A stretch of 64,000 bases of DNA, from IMG/VR virus record IMGVR_UViG_3300037067_026422; one strand, written 5' to 3'. This DNA is from a virus. Lineage: Duplodnaviria > Caudoviricetes. This document shows positions 10,739 through 20,712 of the stretch, in pieces; the first letter of the stretch is position 1, and each line of letters starts with the position of its first letter. The notes under the pieces are model-generated. The model did not search any database, was not told the origin of the DNA, and saw only the letters and a list, made by a program, of their open reading frames with translations. A program made the position numbers and the translations under genes.

Positions 10739-11321
10739 TTTTTAGGTGATCCTCGAATAGGACTATGGTGTGATGAAGTACTTCCTGTTCATCCCCTACA
10801 GCAGGGATATTTATTATGGGCACTTTAATATATTCCTGTGTTTGCAGATAAGCCTTGAGTACCTCTCTCTGATTATCTATATCCAGAGAGGGATCCCGTT
10901 CTATGCATATCTCCACAGGAGTATCTACAAAGATATAAAGATCTGGCTGAAGAAACAATATCTCACTTAAATAGAGTTCTTTAATAAATCTGAAGCAATT
11001 AGGTGAAAATTTAAAAGCGTATGCCAGTCCAGACCATAAATAGCGTTCACAGACTACATTCTTTGCGGCTATGTAATTCTGGTGTCTTATACGGGACTCA
11101 AAAAAGATTCGTTCTCTGCGGTATTCATCGACGTACCCGGGAGAATTCAGTTGTTTAGCTTCTTCTATAGAAAAGGTGGGCTCTTTAGTCCAAATGAAAT
11201 CACCAAAGTGAGGATCCAACTTTAAAAGACCATCATCCTTACAGCTGTTAAGATACTCAGCAAACTTAACAGATAGGGTGCTTTTTCCCGCACGGTCGAT
11301 GCCTTCAAAGGCGATAAACAT
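10695..11321 (-). CDS. tmk: Thymidylate (dTMP) kinase
   Basis: FIAFEGIDRAGKST P-loop, KEP, ERY..SGLAY, PDLYIFVD. Confidence 0.9.
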   Translation of the reverse strand: MFIAFEGIDRAGKSTLSVKFAEYLNSCKDDGLLKLDPHFGDFIWTKEPTFSIEEAKQLNSPGYVDEYRRERIFFESRIRHQNYIAAKNVVCERYLWSGLAYAFKFSPNCFRFIKELYLSEILFLQPDLYIFVDTPVEICIERDPSLDIDNQREVLKAYLQTQEYIKVPIINIPAVGDEQEVLHHTIVLFEDHLKNGIHSNKKRQPNLQ

Positions 11322-11494
11322 AAAAAGTCCTTTTATCTTATATGATCTAAATTTTAATATACTTTAAGTAGTATCCTATTCGCCAGCTATAAAAAGAGGT
11401 GTCCGACCGGTGACGCGAACGCCAAGTCCTGCTTAATCTTCACTTACGTGACCGGAAACTTTTTTCATGGCAGACCTCTTTTTATTACTGACTA

Positions 11495-12364
11495 CTATTT
11501 ACACACACTATCGGACGTATCCCGAATATGCTCATCAATTCGATATCTTACGAACAATGTATCATATTCCTTCTTTTTCCGCAACACATTCGGAACATAT
11601 TCCTTGGTTTCCAAAGCAAGCTTTCCTTTATCACTCTTATAGTAGTAAGCCTGCCACGGTCCCCCATTATAGTCCGCCAAGGCCACCTCCCAGGATTGGT
11701 GCTGGGCATATAAGAAGTCAAAGAGCTTGACAGCAAATCTTGTACTTACCTGTATACTTGACGGAGATTTGTACAAAAGAGAATCAGTATATTCCACTCC
11801 AAAATGCCCCGCCATAATTCTCCCTGTAGAGGGCATGATCTGGTTGATCCCCAAGGCTCCAGCTTTACTTCTGGCATCCTTCTGAAACTTGGACTCTATA
11901 CACTGGGTCGCCAAGATAGTAAATGGCTCTATGTATGTATAACTTTCACATTCTTTAAGTATGACTTCTGCTATTAAATATGCTTCGTCAAGATTTACTC
12001 TGATCCTGCTGGTCTTCCACTGCTTTACTATCTGATCTCTCATGAACAGGGTCAACTGAGCCCGTCTTGATGACCAGTCTATAGTTGACAGAAGAAACTG
12101 ATTAGTTTCAGTGTGTCGCACAAACTGATCCTCTTGCACCTGACGTATACTGGTGATCTCTCTGTTGAAGTTCACTGACATGGTAATCAGGAGATAGGTC
12201 AGCCCTCCAGAAATGAGCATGAAAAAGAATGCCCATATCCGGCTTGCGGTCAGCCATTTACCTTTCTTTTTAGGTAAAACTTCCGCAGCATCATGTTCCT
12301 CATCCTGCATTGACTGCTCCTTTGAAAGGGATTCATAATTTCTCTCTCCGTAAGAATGTGCCAT
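11495..12364 (-). CDS. Membrane-anchored lytic transglycosylase (SLT domain)
   Basis: N-terminal TM; IESKF (catalytic Glu), GALGINQIMPST, ALADYNGG, ETKEYV. Confidence 0.9.
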   Translation of the reverse strand: MAHSYGERNYESLSKEQSMQDEEHDAAEVLPKKKGKWLTASRIWAFFFMLISGGLTYLLITMSVNFNREITSIRQVQEDQFVRHTETNQFLLSTIDWSSRRAQLTLFMRDQIVKQWKTSRIRVNLDEAYLIAEVILKECESYTYIEPFTILATQCIESKFQKDARSKAGALGINQIMPSTGRIMAGHFGVEYTDSLLYKSPSSIQVSTRFAVKLFDFLYAQHQSWEVALADYNGGPWQAYYYKSDKGKLALETKEYVPNVLRKKKEYDTLFVRYRIDEHIRDTSDSVCK

Positions 12365-12602
12365 TTTTCCAAAACTCTATATGTTTATTCTTAGGATCAA
12401 TCAATGCGGGACCACCATCTCTATGCAATCTTCCATGCCAATACCAAGCTTCATAACCGGTTCTCCGATGTATCTCAGCGGGACCCTTTTCACGATGTTT
12501 CTTACCATCATAAATATAAAGCTCAATATCTCCAGACAGAATATTTTTTCCGTTTGGAAGCTTAGGTACTTTTCCTATATTGAAATTCACAGGAATATTC
12601 AA
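12333..12602 (-). CDS. Hypothetical phage protein with LHR.DGPA repeats
   Basis: KHREKGPA / LHRDGGPA repeat units common in large viruses. Confidence 0.6.
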   Translation of the reverse strand: MNIPVNFNIGKVPKLPNGKNILSGDIELYIYDGKKHREKGPAEIHRRTGYEAWYWHGRLHRDGGPALIDPKNKHIEFWKNGTFLRREKL

Positions 12603-12612
12603 AAATCAGTCC

Positions 12613-13341
12613 TTACATTTTTAACTTATCTATAGGCTCAAATGTGTCAGTATTCTTCAATTCATATAAATAAGGCTTGCCATAGCCACTTTTTCTTGGA
12701 TCCATAGCTACCTGCTCCGAGGTATACCCCCAATTTACACACTGCCCAGCATGATAGCAAAAGATGTCCCTACAAAAAGCCACAGACCAGCCATCTTCTC
12801 TCATCATCTTAGAAACCAACCCATCATCTCCATATGCCCCTAAAGTCTGCCTATAAGTTCTTATTGGGAAGGCTTCTGTTCTGCACAATTTCAGGGTATT
12901 TCCTACAGCTAAACATCTAACTATATCTTTATCAACTTGATAGGGTTCTTGAAGGCACTGCGGAGGAAGCTGCGGAGCAAGTAATCCAAGATCAGGGTGG
13001 GCATCCATGATAGCTATCATCTGAGTCAACCAATCAGGCTCTATCTTAGGTGGGTATACATCATTATCGGTAACACAAAAGTATTTCTCGGTACTTTCAG
13101 TCATCATATAAAAAATACCCTTGTTATATAGACATCCGGTATTTCTGTTATCCAAATGTAAGGATTCAATTCTACCCGTATCCAAGAGTTTTACAAGTTC
13201 TTTCTGAGTCTCCTTATCACTACCATTGTCAAAGATATGCAACTTGAAGGTACCTGGATAGGTGCGTTCATGTAGCATATCGACAGTCTTTATTGTCATA
13301 TCAATTCTAAAAAAACTCGTGATATAGATGTTTATTGGCAT
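12613..13341 (-). CDS. Glycosyltransferase family 2
   Basis: IFDNGSD, N.G, TDNDV motifs. Confidence 0.8.
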   Translation of the reverse strand: MPINIYITSFFRIDMTIKTVDMLHERTYPGTFKLHIFDNGSDKETQKELVKLLDTGRIESLHLDNRNTGCLYNKGIFYMMTESTEKYFCVTDNDVYPPKIEPDWLTQMIAIMDAHPDLGLLAPQLPPQCLQEPYQVDKDIVRCLAVGNTLKLCRTEAFPIRTYRQTLGAYGDDGLVSKMMREDGWSVAFCRDIFCYHAGQCVNWGYTSEQVAMDPRKSGYGKPYLYELKNTDTFEPIDKLKM

Positions 13342-13560
13342 ACTGTTTCCTTCAGATATTAATAGATCATCATAATGTGTGTATGTCCCGCATACGTTGT
13401 ACTTTTCTGCTTAAATCCTATATCAAAAATCTGAACTAATTAAGCTACTGATATCTTAGATGTGATGATATACAAAGGGCTATATACAAATCAACTATTA
13501 TTTATAATCTATACTTTTAATAATTGTGCTGTGTCAATATAAGATGCTTCGCTGATCATC

Positions 13561-13881
13561 CTACACACCTATCTGTAAGCGAAATCTTGCTATCACTCCA
13601 GAAACGGGTTCATTTAGAAGCAAGGGCATCTTACCTATATCCTCATGAAACAGCACTCTCTTTAACTCTATGCAACTTGGAAGGATAGTATTTTTAGCTC
13701 TAATATCAAAATAAACCTCAGACATAGTCTTGAATTTTTTGCTTATATATCTTGTTACATCTAATAAAGCTTGTAATACATCTACCTCTTCACTGTGTAC
13801 GCTATTTCTTATTTGATCCCGAAGCATTCTGTGCAAAAGCGTAACCTGTCCTGTTGTGTATACTATTTCTTTGCTCTTCAT
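13561..13881 (-). CDS. Hypothetical protein (PLLLN...RL.IG C-terminal family)
   Basis: 106 aa ORF; C-terminus shared with 35084..35398. Confidence 0.6.
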   Translation of the reverse strand: MKSKEIVYTTGQVTLLHRMLRDQIRNSVHSEEVDVLQALLDVTRYISKKFKTMSEVYFDIRAKNTILPSCIELKRVLFHEDIGKMPLLLNEPVSGVIARFRLQIGV

Positions 13882-14567
13882 GGTACAATCTTTCTCACTT
13901 CCTTAGTCACAAAATCATAGAGTACATAAGACTTAGTCACAAAATCCAAACCTACCGACAGTATTCCATTTATATTGCCCATCTGAAACATATGATGATG
14001 ACCATATACATGGATAGAGGGTTTTAAAGCTTTAATCAAATCAGTAACTATCTGATTACCTATATCCTTACCTCCTTTGAAAAAAGGCTTTGGTGCTTCG
14101 TGGGTCAAAAGAATATCCGTTTCTGTCTTATAGCTGATAAGGTGCTGATATTCTTCTGCAGTAAAATGCCTTCTTCTATCACCACAAAGAGAAGCGGTTT
14201 TATTCAGATAGAATTTGGATGAATAGTTCCCACCAAGAACACATACATTATAAGATATACCTGAGCTCGTATACTGATTCATGCTACCGTTTTTAAGAAA
14301 CAGAGGATTATTTGTCTTTTTCAGCTCTTCAAGATAATTCCAGTTCTCGTGGTTTCCCTGAATGAAATGAAAGTTTGAAGGAAAGTCAGGATAAGTTTCA
14401 TCCTCAGCCCCAAGATCCCCAATCTGGAACCATCTCTTTACTTCAGGATGAGCTTTGATAATGTTGAACATTCCATCAAAATTACTATGTACATCTCCTA
14501 TGAATCCTATTATAGACATCTTATAGCTCTTTCCTGATTTTTTCACAGGTATCCACCATAGTATCAT
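13878..14567 (-). CDS. Calcineurin-like metallophosphoesterase (start probably MSIIGF at 14519)
   Basis: GDVH, GDLG, GNHE, LTHE, GHHH motifs. Confidence 0.9.
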   Translation of the reverse strand: MILWWIPVKKSGKSYKMSIIGFIGDVHSNFDGMFNIIKAHPEVKRWFQIGDLGAEDETYPDFPSNFHFIQGNHENWNYLEELKKTNNPLFLKNGSMNQYTSSGISYNVCVLGGNYSSKFYLNKTASLCGDRRRHFTAEEYQHLISYKTETDILLTHEAPKPFFKGGKDIGNQIVTDLIKALKPSIHVYGHHHMFQMGNINGILSVGLDFVTKSYVLYDFVTKEVRKIVP

Positions 14568-14979
14568 TATTTATGACTTTTTCTTCTATAAACTTTTTAA
14601 ATTGAGGTAGTCGCGCTTTTACCTTTTCAAAAAGCCCTACCACATCCAATATTACCTTTCCGCTTTTATTATCAATTGCCTCAGTCAATTTATTGATGGA
14701 TAGTATTCCAAGCTGCACAGCTCTCAAAGTGACTACCAAAGCAACTATATCTTTTCTGCAAACATACTTATACAACATCCATATCCGACTACCATATATT
14801 CCATAAGTATCAAGTGCTAATATAGTAGATAAAGATCCAAGAGCAGCATCTGGATCAATAGCTTCAGATCTCTCATAGAGCAGCTTGAGTACGGACAATC
14901 CCCCAGGATTACCTTCAGACATCTTAATGAAAATATCTAATAGAGAATCATTCAATGCAATACGTTCTTGATGTCGCAT
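14521..14979 (-). CDS. Conserved hypothetical phage protein
   Basis: MSEGNPG...LD..GIYGSRIWMLYK motif seen in phage hypotheticals. Confidence 0.6.
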   Translation of the reverse strand: MRHQERIALNDSLLDIFIKMSEGNPGGLSVLKLLYERSEAIDPDAALGSLSTILALDTYGIYGSRIWMLYKYVCRKDIVALVVTLRAVQLGILSINKLTEAIDNKSGKVILDVVGLFEKVKARLPQFKKFIEEKVINNDTMVDTCEKIRKEL

Positions 14980-14988
14980 ATTATATCC

Positions 14989-15489
14989 TTAAAGCTGTAA
15001 ATTGTGGCCACAGTTATAGCAGTACTTAAATCCTTCCTGTCTTAGCTTTTCATGGGCAGCATAACATTTAGCAGTCTTATCAAACTCCTCATCCAACTTT
15101 TCTTCTATTGCTTGTATTTCTTCATTATCTTTGATAGATTTGCTTATCAACTCTATTGATTCAGGCTTGCCCGGAGTCATGATAGCATCCAATAATGTAA
15201 TAGGTTCTTTGCTCCTGGCTTCTACCGCTTTTAATCTGACTTTCAGAATTTCTTCCCTATACTGTTCCTGATTGTATAGAAAAAACTGTACAGCAGTATT
15301 AAGGGCACTGGCTATTTCCATAGCTTCACAAGGAGTCATGTAAATAGAGATCTTCCTGCCTTCTACCTCGGTAAAATTAAGCTTTACTACATCACATGCC
15401 GGTTGCCCTTCTTCAGGAAACAACGTGATCGATAGTTGCTCATTAATTTCCATATCCATACGATCTTTAATAATTTCTGGTAATTCCAT
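14989..15489 (-). CDS. Hypothetical protein with C-terminal Zn-ribbon-like CxxC
   Basis: 166 aa ORF with RBS; KYCYNCG. Confidence 0.55.
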   Translation of the reverse strand: MELPEIIKDRMDMEINEQLSITLFPEEGQPACDVVKLNFTEVEGRKISIYMTPCEAMEIASALNTAVQFFLYNQEQYREEILKVRLKAVEARSKEPITLLDAIMTPGKPESIELISKSIKDNEEIQAIEEKLDEEFDKTAKCYAAHEKLRQEGFKYCYNCGHNLQL

Positions 15490-15498
15490 TTCATCCCC

Positions 15499-16302
15499 TT
15501 AATGAGTTAATGCACTTCCATCAAATAAATTACTCTTTGTTAAATCCACTGTAGTCAAAACAGGAACATCTATGACCCATTTCTCCACATAGTCACGATC
15601 CTTACTTATAACAGGCATCTCATAATCAACAACCCATTTTGACCGCAGAGTACCCTTAAAATCAATGTGAATCTTATAAATTGCAGATCCCCTTTTAAAA
15701 AATGTAGGGATATCGTTCCAATTAATTCCTTTCTCAAGCATCAGCATATCCTGCTTTTGACTCCCATTTTTACCCATAAGCTGCTTATGTGAGAAATGAA
15801 CCATAGCCACTTGTGAGACTGAATTTTTTTCACAATCTCGTTGCCTCCAATAGAAATAATTCGTGACCTCTTCTTTCGGAAGATTCCAGGCTCGAGCATC
15901 AAATATCGCCGGTCCCTTCTTTTTATACTGCTCCGGGAGCAGCTTAAGACATACCTGATTAAATGCCGCGGTACAGATAGATGCAGCTACACTCTCAATC
16001 TTGTTCGCCCGGTAATCAAACCATGCCTGAGTACTAATATCCTGATAATCACAAACCAGAATCGATATCTCATCACTTTGAGTATATCCGAACCGAGCCC
16101 CCTCAATTTCACTACAAAGTTTATACATGGTATAGTCCATGCATTGTTTTAGCAAAAAATCAAAAGGTCGTGCAAGTCCTTTAGTCCAAGAATGAAATGC
16201 TTTTCCATCAAGTCTCAAAAGTAAAGGGGATCTCCTGAGTAGCTGCCTGTAAGCCCTTTGCTCATAATCCTTCATTCTATCCCCAAGTGAATCTTGTTTC
16301 AT
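15499..16302 (-). CDS. tRNA(His) guanylyltransferase Thg1-like protein
   Basis: RMKDYE, RLDGKAFH, YTQSDEIS, FDAR, YFYWRQRD. Confidence 0.95.
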   Translation of the reverse strand: MKQDSLGDRMKDYEQRAYRQLLRRSPLLLRLDGKAFHSWTKGLARPFDFLLKQCMDYTMYKLCSEIEGARFGYTQSDEISILVCDYQDISTQAWFDYRANKIESVAASICTAAFNQVCLKLLPEQYKKKGPAIFDARAWNLPKEEVTNYFYWRQRDCEKNSVSQVAMVHFSHKQLMGKNGSQKQDMLMLEKGINWNDIPTFFKRGSAIYKIHIDFKGTLRSKWVVDYEMPVISKDRDYVEKWVIDVPVLTTVDLTKSNLFDGSALTH

Positions 16303-16937
16303 ATGTCAAATTCCTCTGTATTCTTGTAAGCACTTTTAGTGATACCATCATAAGCAAAGCGTATCTTAACAATTAGCATTCTTATCACCTTACCTATAAA
16401 GTCATCCAGCAATGACCACAATGCTGAAATGGGCCAGTACAATATCCAAAGTGATATCGTCCGCTTATGTTTGATGGCTTTAGGTATAGGATCTCTAAAA
16501 GAACTTCCAGTACATTTCCATTCTTCCATAAGATTTGTGGGTACTATGGTCTCAAGAGTTATATTCTCAAGGCCCTCTACCCGGAAACCTTTGGAAGTTC
16601 TTATCTCTTTTTGTTTCACAAGCCAATCGCTTCTCTTTACCTTATATGCAAGAGCTTCCTTATTCACGAATAGCCACCATTTTAAGAAAGACCATATAAA
16701 TCCTATCACGATGTACCCCAAAATAAAAAATAAGGTACGTGTAGGATGCTCTAAGAAGCCTTTAAATATATCTTTTTCTACTATGAATTGAATAAAAAGA
16801 AGATATACAAAGATATTAAATCCAGAGAGTACTATAAATTCTTTTGCTACCCAATAAAAGAGAAGGATGACCCATGCAAAAGTAAGAACAAAATACCAAG
16901 CTGTTCCAAGCGCAAAAAACGTAGATAGAACTTCCAT
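16299..16937 (-). CDS. Membrane protein
   Basis: Several hydrophobic segments; GFIWSFLKWW and WILYWP motifs. Confidence 0.65.
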   Translation of the reverse strand: MEVLSTFFALGTAWYFVLTFAWVILLFYWVAKEFIVLSGFNIFVYLLFIQFIVEKDIFKGFLEHPTRTLFFILGYIVIGFIWSFLKWWLFVNKEALAYKVKRSDWLVKQKEIRTSKGFRVEGLENITLETIVPTNLMEEWKCTGSSFRDPIPKAIKHKRTISLWILYWPISALWSLLDDFIGKVIRMLIVKIRFAYDGITKSAYKNTEEFDI

Positions 16938-16960
16938 AAATACCCCTTTCCTATAACTCT

Positions 16961-17233
16961 TTAAATAATTTCACATTCTTTTGCATTTTTTAATAATTTC
17001 ATAAAAGCCGCCTCATTGTCAAAGAAGGATAATAGTACGATATAGATAAGCGCCCCACCAACTACTAAAATAATACTAATAGTAACTATGGCCTCAACCT
17101 TACACAAAAAATCTAAGTTTAATTTTGTGACAAAGAAAAGAAGAGCAACTATCACAAGTATAGCTAAGATTATCCAAACACCTATCGGCATGCTATCCCC
17201 CTTTAATAACCTCTGACACATCAATATCCCCAT
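16961..17233 (-). CDS. Small membrane protein
   Basis: Two hydrophobic segments; likely start MPIG at 17191. Confidence 0.5.
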   Translation of the reverse strand: MGILMCQRLLKGDSMPIGVWIILAILVIVALLFFVTKLNLDFLCKVEAIVTISIILVVGGALIYIVLLSFFDNEAAFMKLLKNAKECEII

Positions 17234-17876
17234 CTGGATCCAGCTCTTTTGTATCCACCCCTTTCGATAATGAACTATATGCCTTAATGATATCCTTGAT
17301 CACCAGTATATCATACTCACTTAGGCACTCCTCATTGAATCTCGGGGCATTTCGGATAATAAATGAGGGATGGTACGTCGGCATCATACCTATATGCCCA
17401 AAAGCTATATTTGAAAAATTTAATATTTTGCCATGGTCCTTAAGCATCGATCCTGACTCAGGCATGAATACTGTTTTAGAGGCATTCCCGAGTGGTATGA
17501 TCATACCCAGCCCTCGCTTCTTAAGAGTATCTATATCCTGGTACAGATGCTGCAGACAAAAATCATATTCTTTTTGAGTAGGTACTCTATTATCATCAGG
17601 ATTGTCCCGTATTGTATTCGAAAAGGCTACCCCGATGTGCTTTTTCAGCTTCTGCCGAACATATAAGACTTGCTGGCGTAACCTTGATCCTGACTTCCCT
17701 ATAAAAGGTCTCCCTTGCTTTCGCTCATCCGATCCACCACCCTGACCTATGAACAACAGGGATACGTTTCCTTCAGGATCGGGATGAACTTCGGTCGGAA
17801 GAAAGCAGCACTTTTGATAAGCAGTACACATCTTGCAGATACACTTACACGGGATCAACTCATGGTCGATATGCAT
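17193..17876 (-). CDS. Uracil-DNA glycosylase superfamily (family 4-like)
   Basis: Cys cluster, IGQGGG.DE..GRPFIGKSG, NR.P..E..C, LGN, TYHPS. Confidence 0.85.
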   Translation of the reverse strand: MHIDHELIPCKCICKMCTAYQKCCFLPTEVHPDPEGNVSLLFIGQGGGSDERKQGRPFIGKSGSRLRQQVLYVRQKLKKHIGVAFSNTIRDNPDDNRVPTQKEYDFCLQHLYQDIDTLKKRGLGMIIPLGNASKTVFMPESGSMLKDHGKILNFSNIAFGHIGMMPTYHPSFIIRNAPRFNEECLSEYDILVIKDIIKAYSSLSKGVDTKELDPDGDIDVSEVIKGG

Positions 17877-19447
17877 TAAAGACCACCAGTCCTATTAGAA
17901 CCCTGACTGGGCCACATCTCAGGAGACTTTTCCTCACATATATCTTCACATTTATCTATATCCTGATACTTAAATGGATCTGCACCTCCAAAATTACATT
18001 CTCTTAATGCCTTTTTTGACTCCTCAAGGTTTCTTATGCTGCTGTCGATCGATTCATTGGTCACACTATTATTAATAAGCAAAGCCTTCTCAACAATTTC
18101 ACAAATATCCGCCTGGGTGTACTTTCTTTCAATGATCAATTTAATATGATTTTTACATATGTCGTTATAAGACATAAACTCTTCTATTATTTCACTATCA
18201 GCCCTCTTATTCTTGTCATACCTGCATTTCATGATATCATATACTTCTTCATGATTTTTTGGGGTACCTATACGGATCACTTCGTCAAATCTTCCCGGAC
18301 GATTGATAAGGGAATAATGTACCAGACTGGTATCATTCACTGAGGCTATAAGAATAATGTTTAACAAATTGTCGACGTCATCTATCTGCTCCAGGAACTC
18401 CCCCAGTGTCTGCTTCTTATCCTTCAGCTCACAAGAATCCAAATCCTCTACAATTCCAACACATGGCTGGATATACCGCAAAGTCTGAAAAGTATCCCTG
18501 ATAGTCGAGGAGGAAGAAAAACAGTTGGGTCCTAAGTATACCATGGGATATTCAGTAATAATAGTCTCCAAGCAATGTATGATAGTCGATTTACCCGTCC
18601 CAGGAATACCCACAAGCGCAAACCCACGTTTTTTCTTTCTCTTAAGTACTTTTCTTATCTCTGCCGACAGTTTATTAATGTCAAGCTGTCTTGGTCTCTC
18701 TACCACTTCCTGTCTCGGGCATGTTTTCAATCCCCCAGGAGATAGTAACAGAACATTATGTTCAATATCAAAATGCTTGATGAATTCCTTATATATAAGA
18801 CTCCTTAAAACATATATCTTTGATATATTGTCCATGGTAGAGTATATATCGGAAAAACGCACATAGACATCCCCCTCAATGTTTCTGTACATACGAATCA
18901 TCCACACAAACTTAGTCCCATTCAGATCAATGACAGTAATCAAAGTACTATCATCTTCCTTATATGTATCTGAAATACTTTGAAGGTTGTCATATTGATG
19001 ATATCCCACTATCTGAAAAGACTCTGTCTTAGGTCTCTGCAACAACCACTGTGTAACTTCTTCCCCTATCTGAAAAGGATAATTATCAATATTAACCTTG
19101 TCCCCCTTTAACCCCAATATCCCCCTCACCTTTTCGAAATTCTCGTTGCTGACAGTATTCTTACCAGCTTTTATCCTATAGAACTTGTTTATCTTAGCTA
19201 CAAAATTAGAAATGAGCACCCCAGCCGGGATGCCATACTTCATTAGCGTGAGTACTGTCTGATATCTCTTATCCTTCTGTCGGAACCTCTTTAAAAAATC
19301 AAGAGTACTATCCGCTATATCCAGGATAAAATCTACCCCGGCATACTCACTAATAAGATATGTAATGAGTTTTGTATTTTGACTGTACCCCTCCCGAGCA
19401 ATAGTCGGAGCATTCTCATTACTGACCGCATATTTTCTTTTACTCAT
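17876..19447 (-). CDS. AAA+ ATPase
   Basis: GIPGTGKS Walker A, IVEDLD Walker B, NRPGRFD. Confidence 0.9.
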   Translation of the reverse strand: MSKRKYAVSNENAPTIAREGYSQNTKLITYLISEYAGVDFILDIADSTLDFLKRFRQKDKRYQTVLTLMKYGIPAGVLISNFVAKINKFYRIKAGKNTVSNENFEKVRGILGLKGDKVNIDNYPFQIGEEVTQWLLQRPKTESFQIVGYHQYDNLQSISDTYKEDDSTLITVIDLNGTKFVWMIRMYRNIEGDVYVRFSDIYSTMDNISKIYVLRSLIYKEFIKHFDIEHNVLLLSPGGLKTCPRQEVVERPRQLDINKLSAEIRKVLKRKKKRGFALVGIPGTGKSTIIHCLETIITEYPMVYLGPNCFSSSSTIRDTFQTLRYIQPCVGIVEDLDSCELKDKKQTLGEFLEQIDDVDNLLNIILIASVNDTSLVHYSLINRPGRFDEVIRIGTPKNHEEVYDIMKCRYDKNKRADSEIIEEFMSYNDICKNHIKLIIERKYTQADICEIVEKALLINNSVTNESIDSSIRNLEESKKALRECNFGGADPFKYQDIDKCEDICEEKSPEMWPSQGSNRTGGL

Positions 19448-19552
19448 CTACCATAACCCCCCTGCCCATACTTCTTAGGGGTAGCTTTCTTCTGCTCAAC
19501 AGAATCTTTTACAAAATCCTTTTTAAGATCTTCCTTTGCCTTTTTCTTCATT

Positions 19553-20058
19553 TCATTCGAAAGCTTTTTCATACTCACTCCAAGTTAATGCTTCTTTACC
19601 CACTTTAAGGTCTTCAGTGATCCTGATCACCTTAAGACTATCTCTCCCAAATCCACTATGCACCTCATTAGCTACATCCAAGACAGCTTCCTTCTTAAGA
19701 TACCACCCCTCTTCACCCTTATCCTTAAAGTCCCCTCTACAAACATGGGTTCTCTGTATTTACTTAGGTTATACAATGGAGTCCCGTCACAGTCCCTGGA
19801 ATGACCTATCACCCACAATCGGGCATGCACCTTCTCACATGCCCCATCTCCATACCATTCATCATACTTTACTTCAACAAGAGTACCTATAGGGATGTCA
19901 TGCGTTTTTTCGAGGTTATTCTCCCGGATGGTTTTTCCATTTTCCTCAACGATGTCAGCAACATTAATGGCAATCGCACGTATTGGACTCAGAGGGGGAT
20001 TCTGGAGGTTCACAAGATACCCCCATAGTTTTTGGTAGCTTTGTACGTGATTTGTCAC
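19553..20058 (-). pseudogene. Hypothetical phage gene apparently split by a 1-nt frameshift near 19727
   Basis: ORF 19672..20058 continues in the -1 frame (KDKGEEGWY...GFGRDSLKV...KAFE*) to TGA at 19553. Confidence 0.45.
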
Positions 20059-20485
20059 TCTTCCGTATTTTATATGATCTGATGTATAACTTGATATCTA
20101 TGATAGTATACTCCAAACAAAATCTTATAGTCCCAAAAAGAATCCTGAAGATATTAAACTTCTTAGCCTCAGTGACTCGGAGATCCTCGTTATCATGAAG
20201 CTTCCACCCGATCGAGTCATAGTCGATCTTATACTTACTACCACTCCACTTAGTCTCTTCATCTATAAGAGATGTAATCCTGGGTGCCTGCCCATTGTAC
20301 AGAATCTTCGGTCGGAAATCCCCATCTCCATCCGCAAAAAATGAAGTCCATCGACTGGCACCTGCAGACCCCAACACTTGCCAGGTCGCCAGCATATCCT
20401 CCAGAGCAATAGACTGCGGGATCGATAGATTTCGTATCCTGATCACCGCAGTGAACTTTTTATGTCTGAGACTATCTTTTTTCAT
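19964..20485 (-). CDS. Hypothetical phage protein
   Basis: 173 aa; G..G.SR..FFADGDGDFRPK motif. Confidence 0.6.
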   Translation of the reverse strand: MKKDSLRHKKFTAVIRIRNLSIPQSIALEDMLATWQVLGSAGASRWTSFFADGDGDFRPKILYNGQAPRITSLIDEETKWSGSKYKIDYDSIGWKLHDNEDLRVTEAKKFNIFRILFGTIRFCLEYTIIDIKLYIRSYKIRKSDKSRTKLPKTMGVSCEPPESPSESNTCDCH

Positions 20486-20697
20486 TGGGATATATCATCT
20501 GGTGAACACGCTGGACAAACCAATATATTTTTCCACACTCTATCTGTACCACATATGCTGCAGGGTTCCTTTGGGGAGGCTATGTACAAAACTTTTTTCT
20601 CTAACCAGTCTACATAGTCTATATCTGGTTCATCTTGACAATTTATAGCTGGAATACCTTGTTCTTGAAAAAATAATTCTCGAAGAGTCTTATTCAC
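20482..20697 (-). CDS. Small hypothetical protein with CxxC...CxxC
   Basis: CSIC / CPAC; RBS upstream. Confidence 0.55.
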   Translation of the reverse strand: MNKTLRELFFQEQGIPAINCQDEPDIDYVDWLEKKVLYIASPKEPCSICGTDRVWKNILVCPACSPDDISQ

Positions 20698-20712
20698 TAT
20701 AAATCCACCTTT

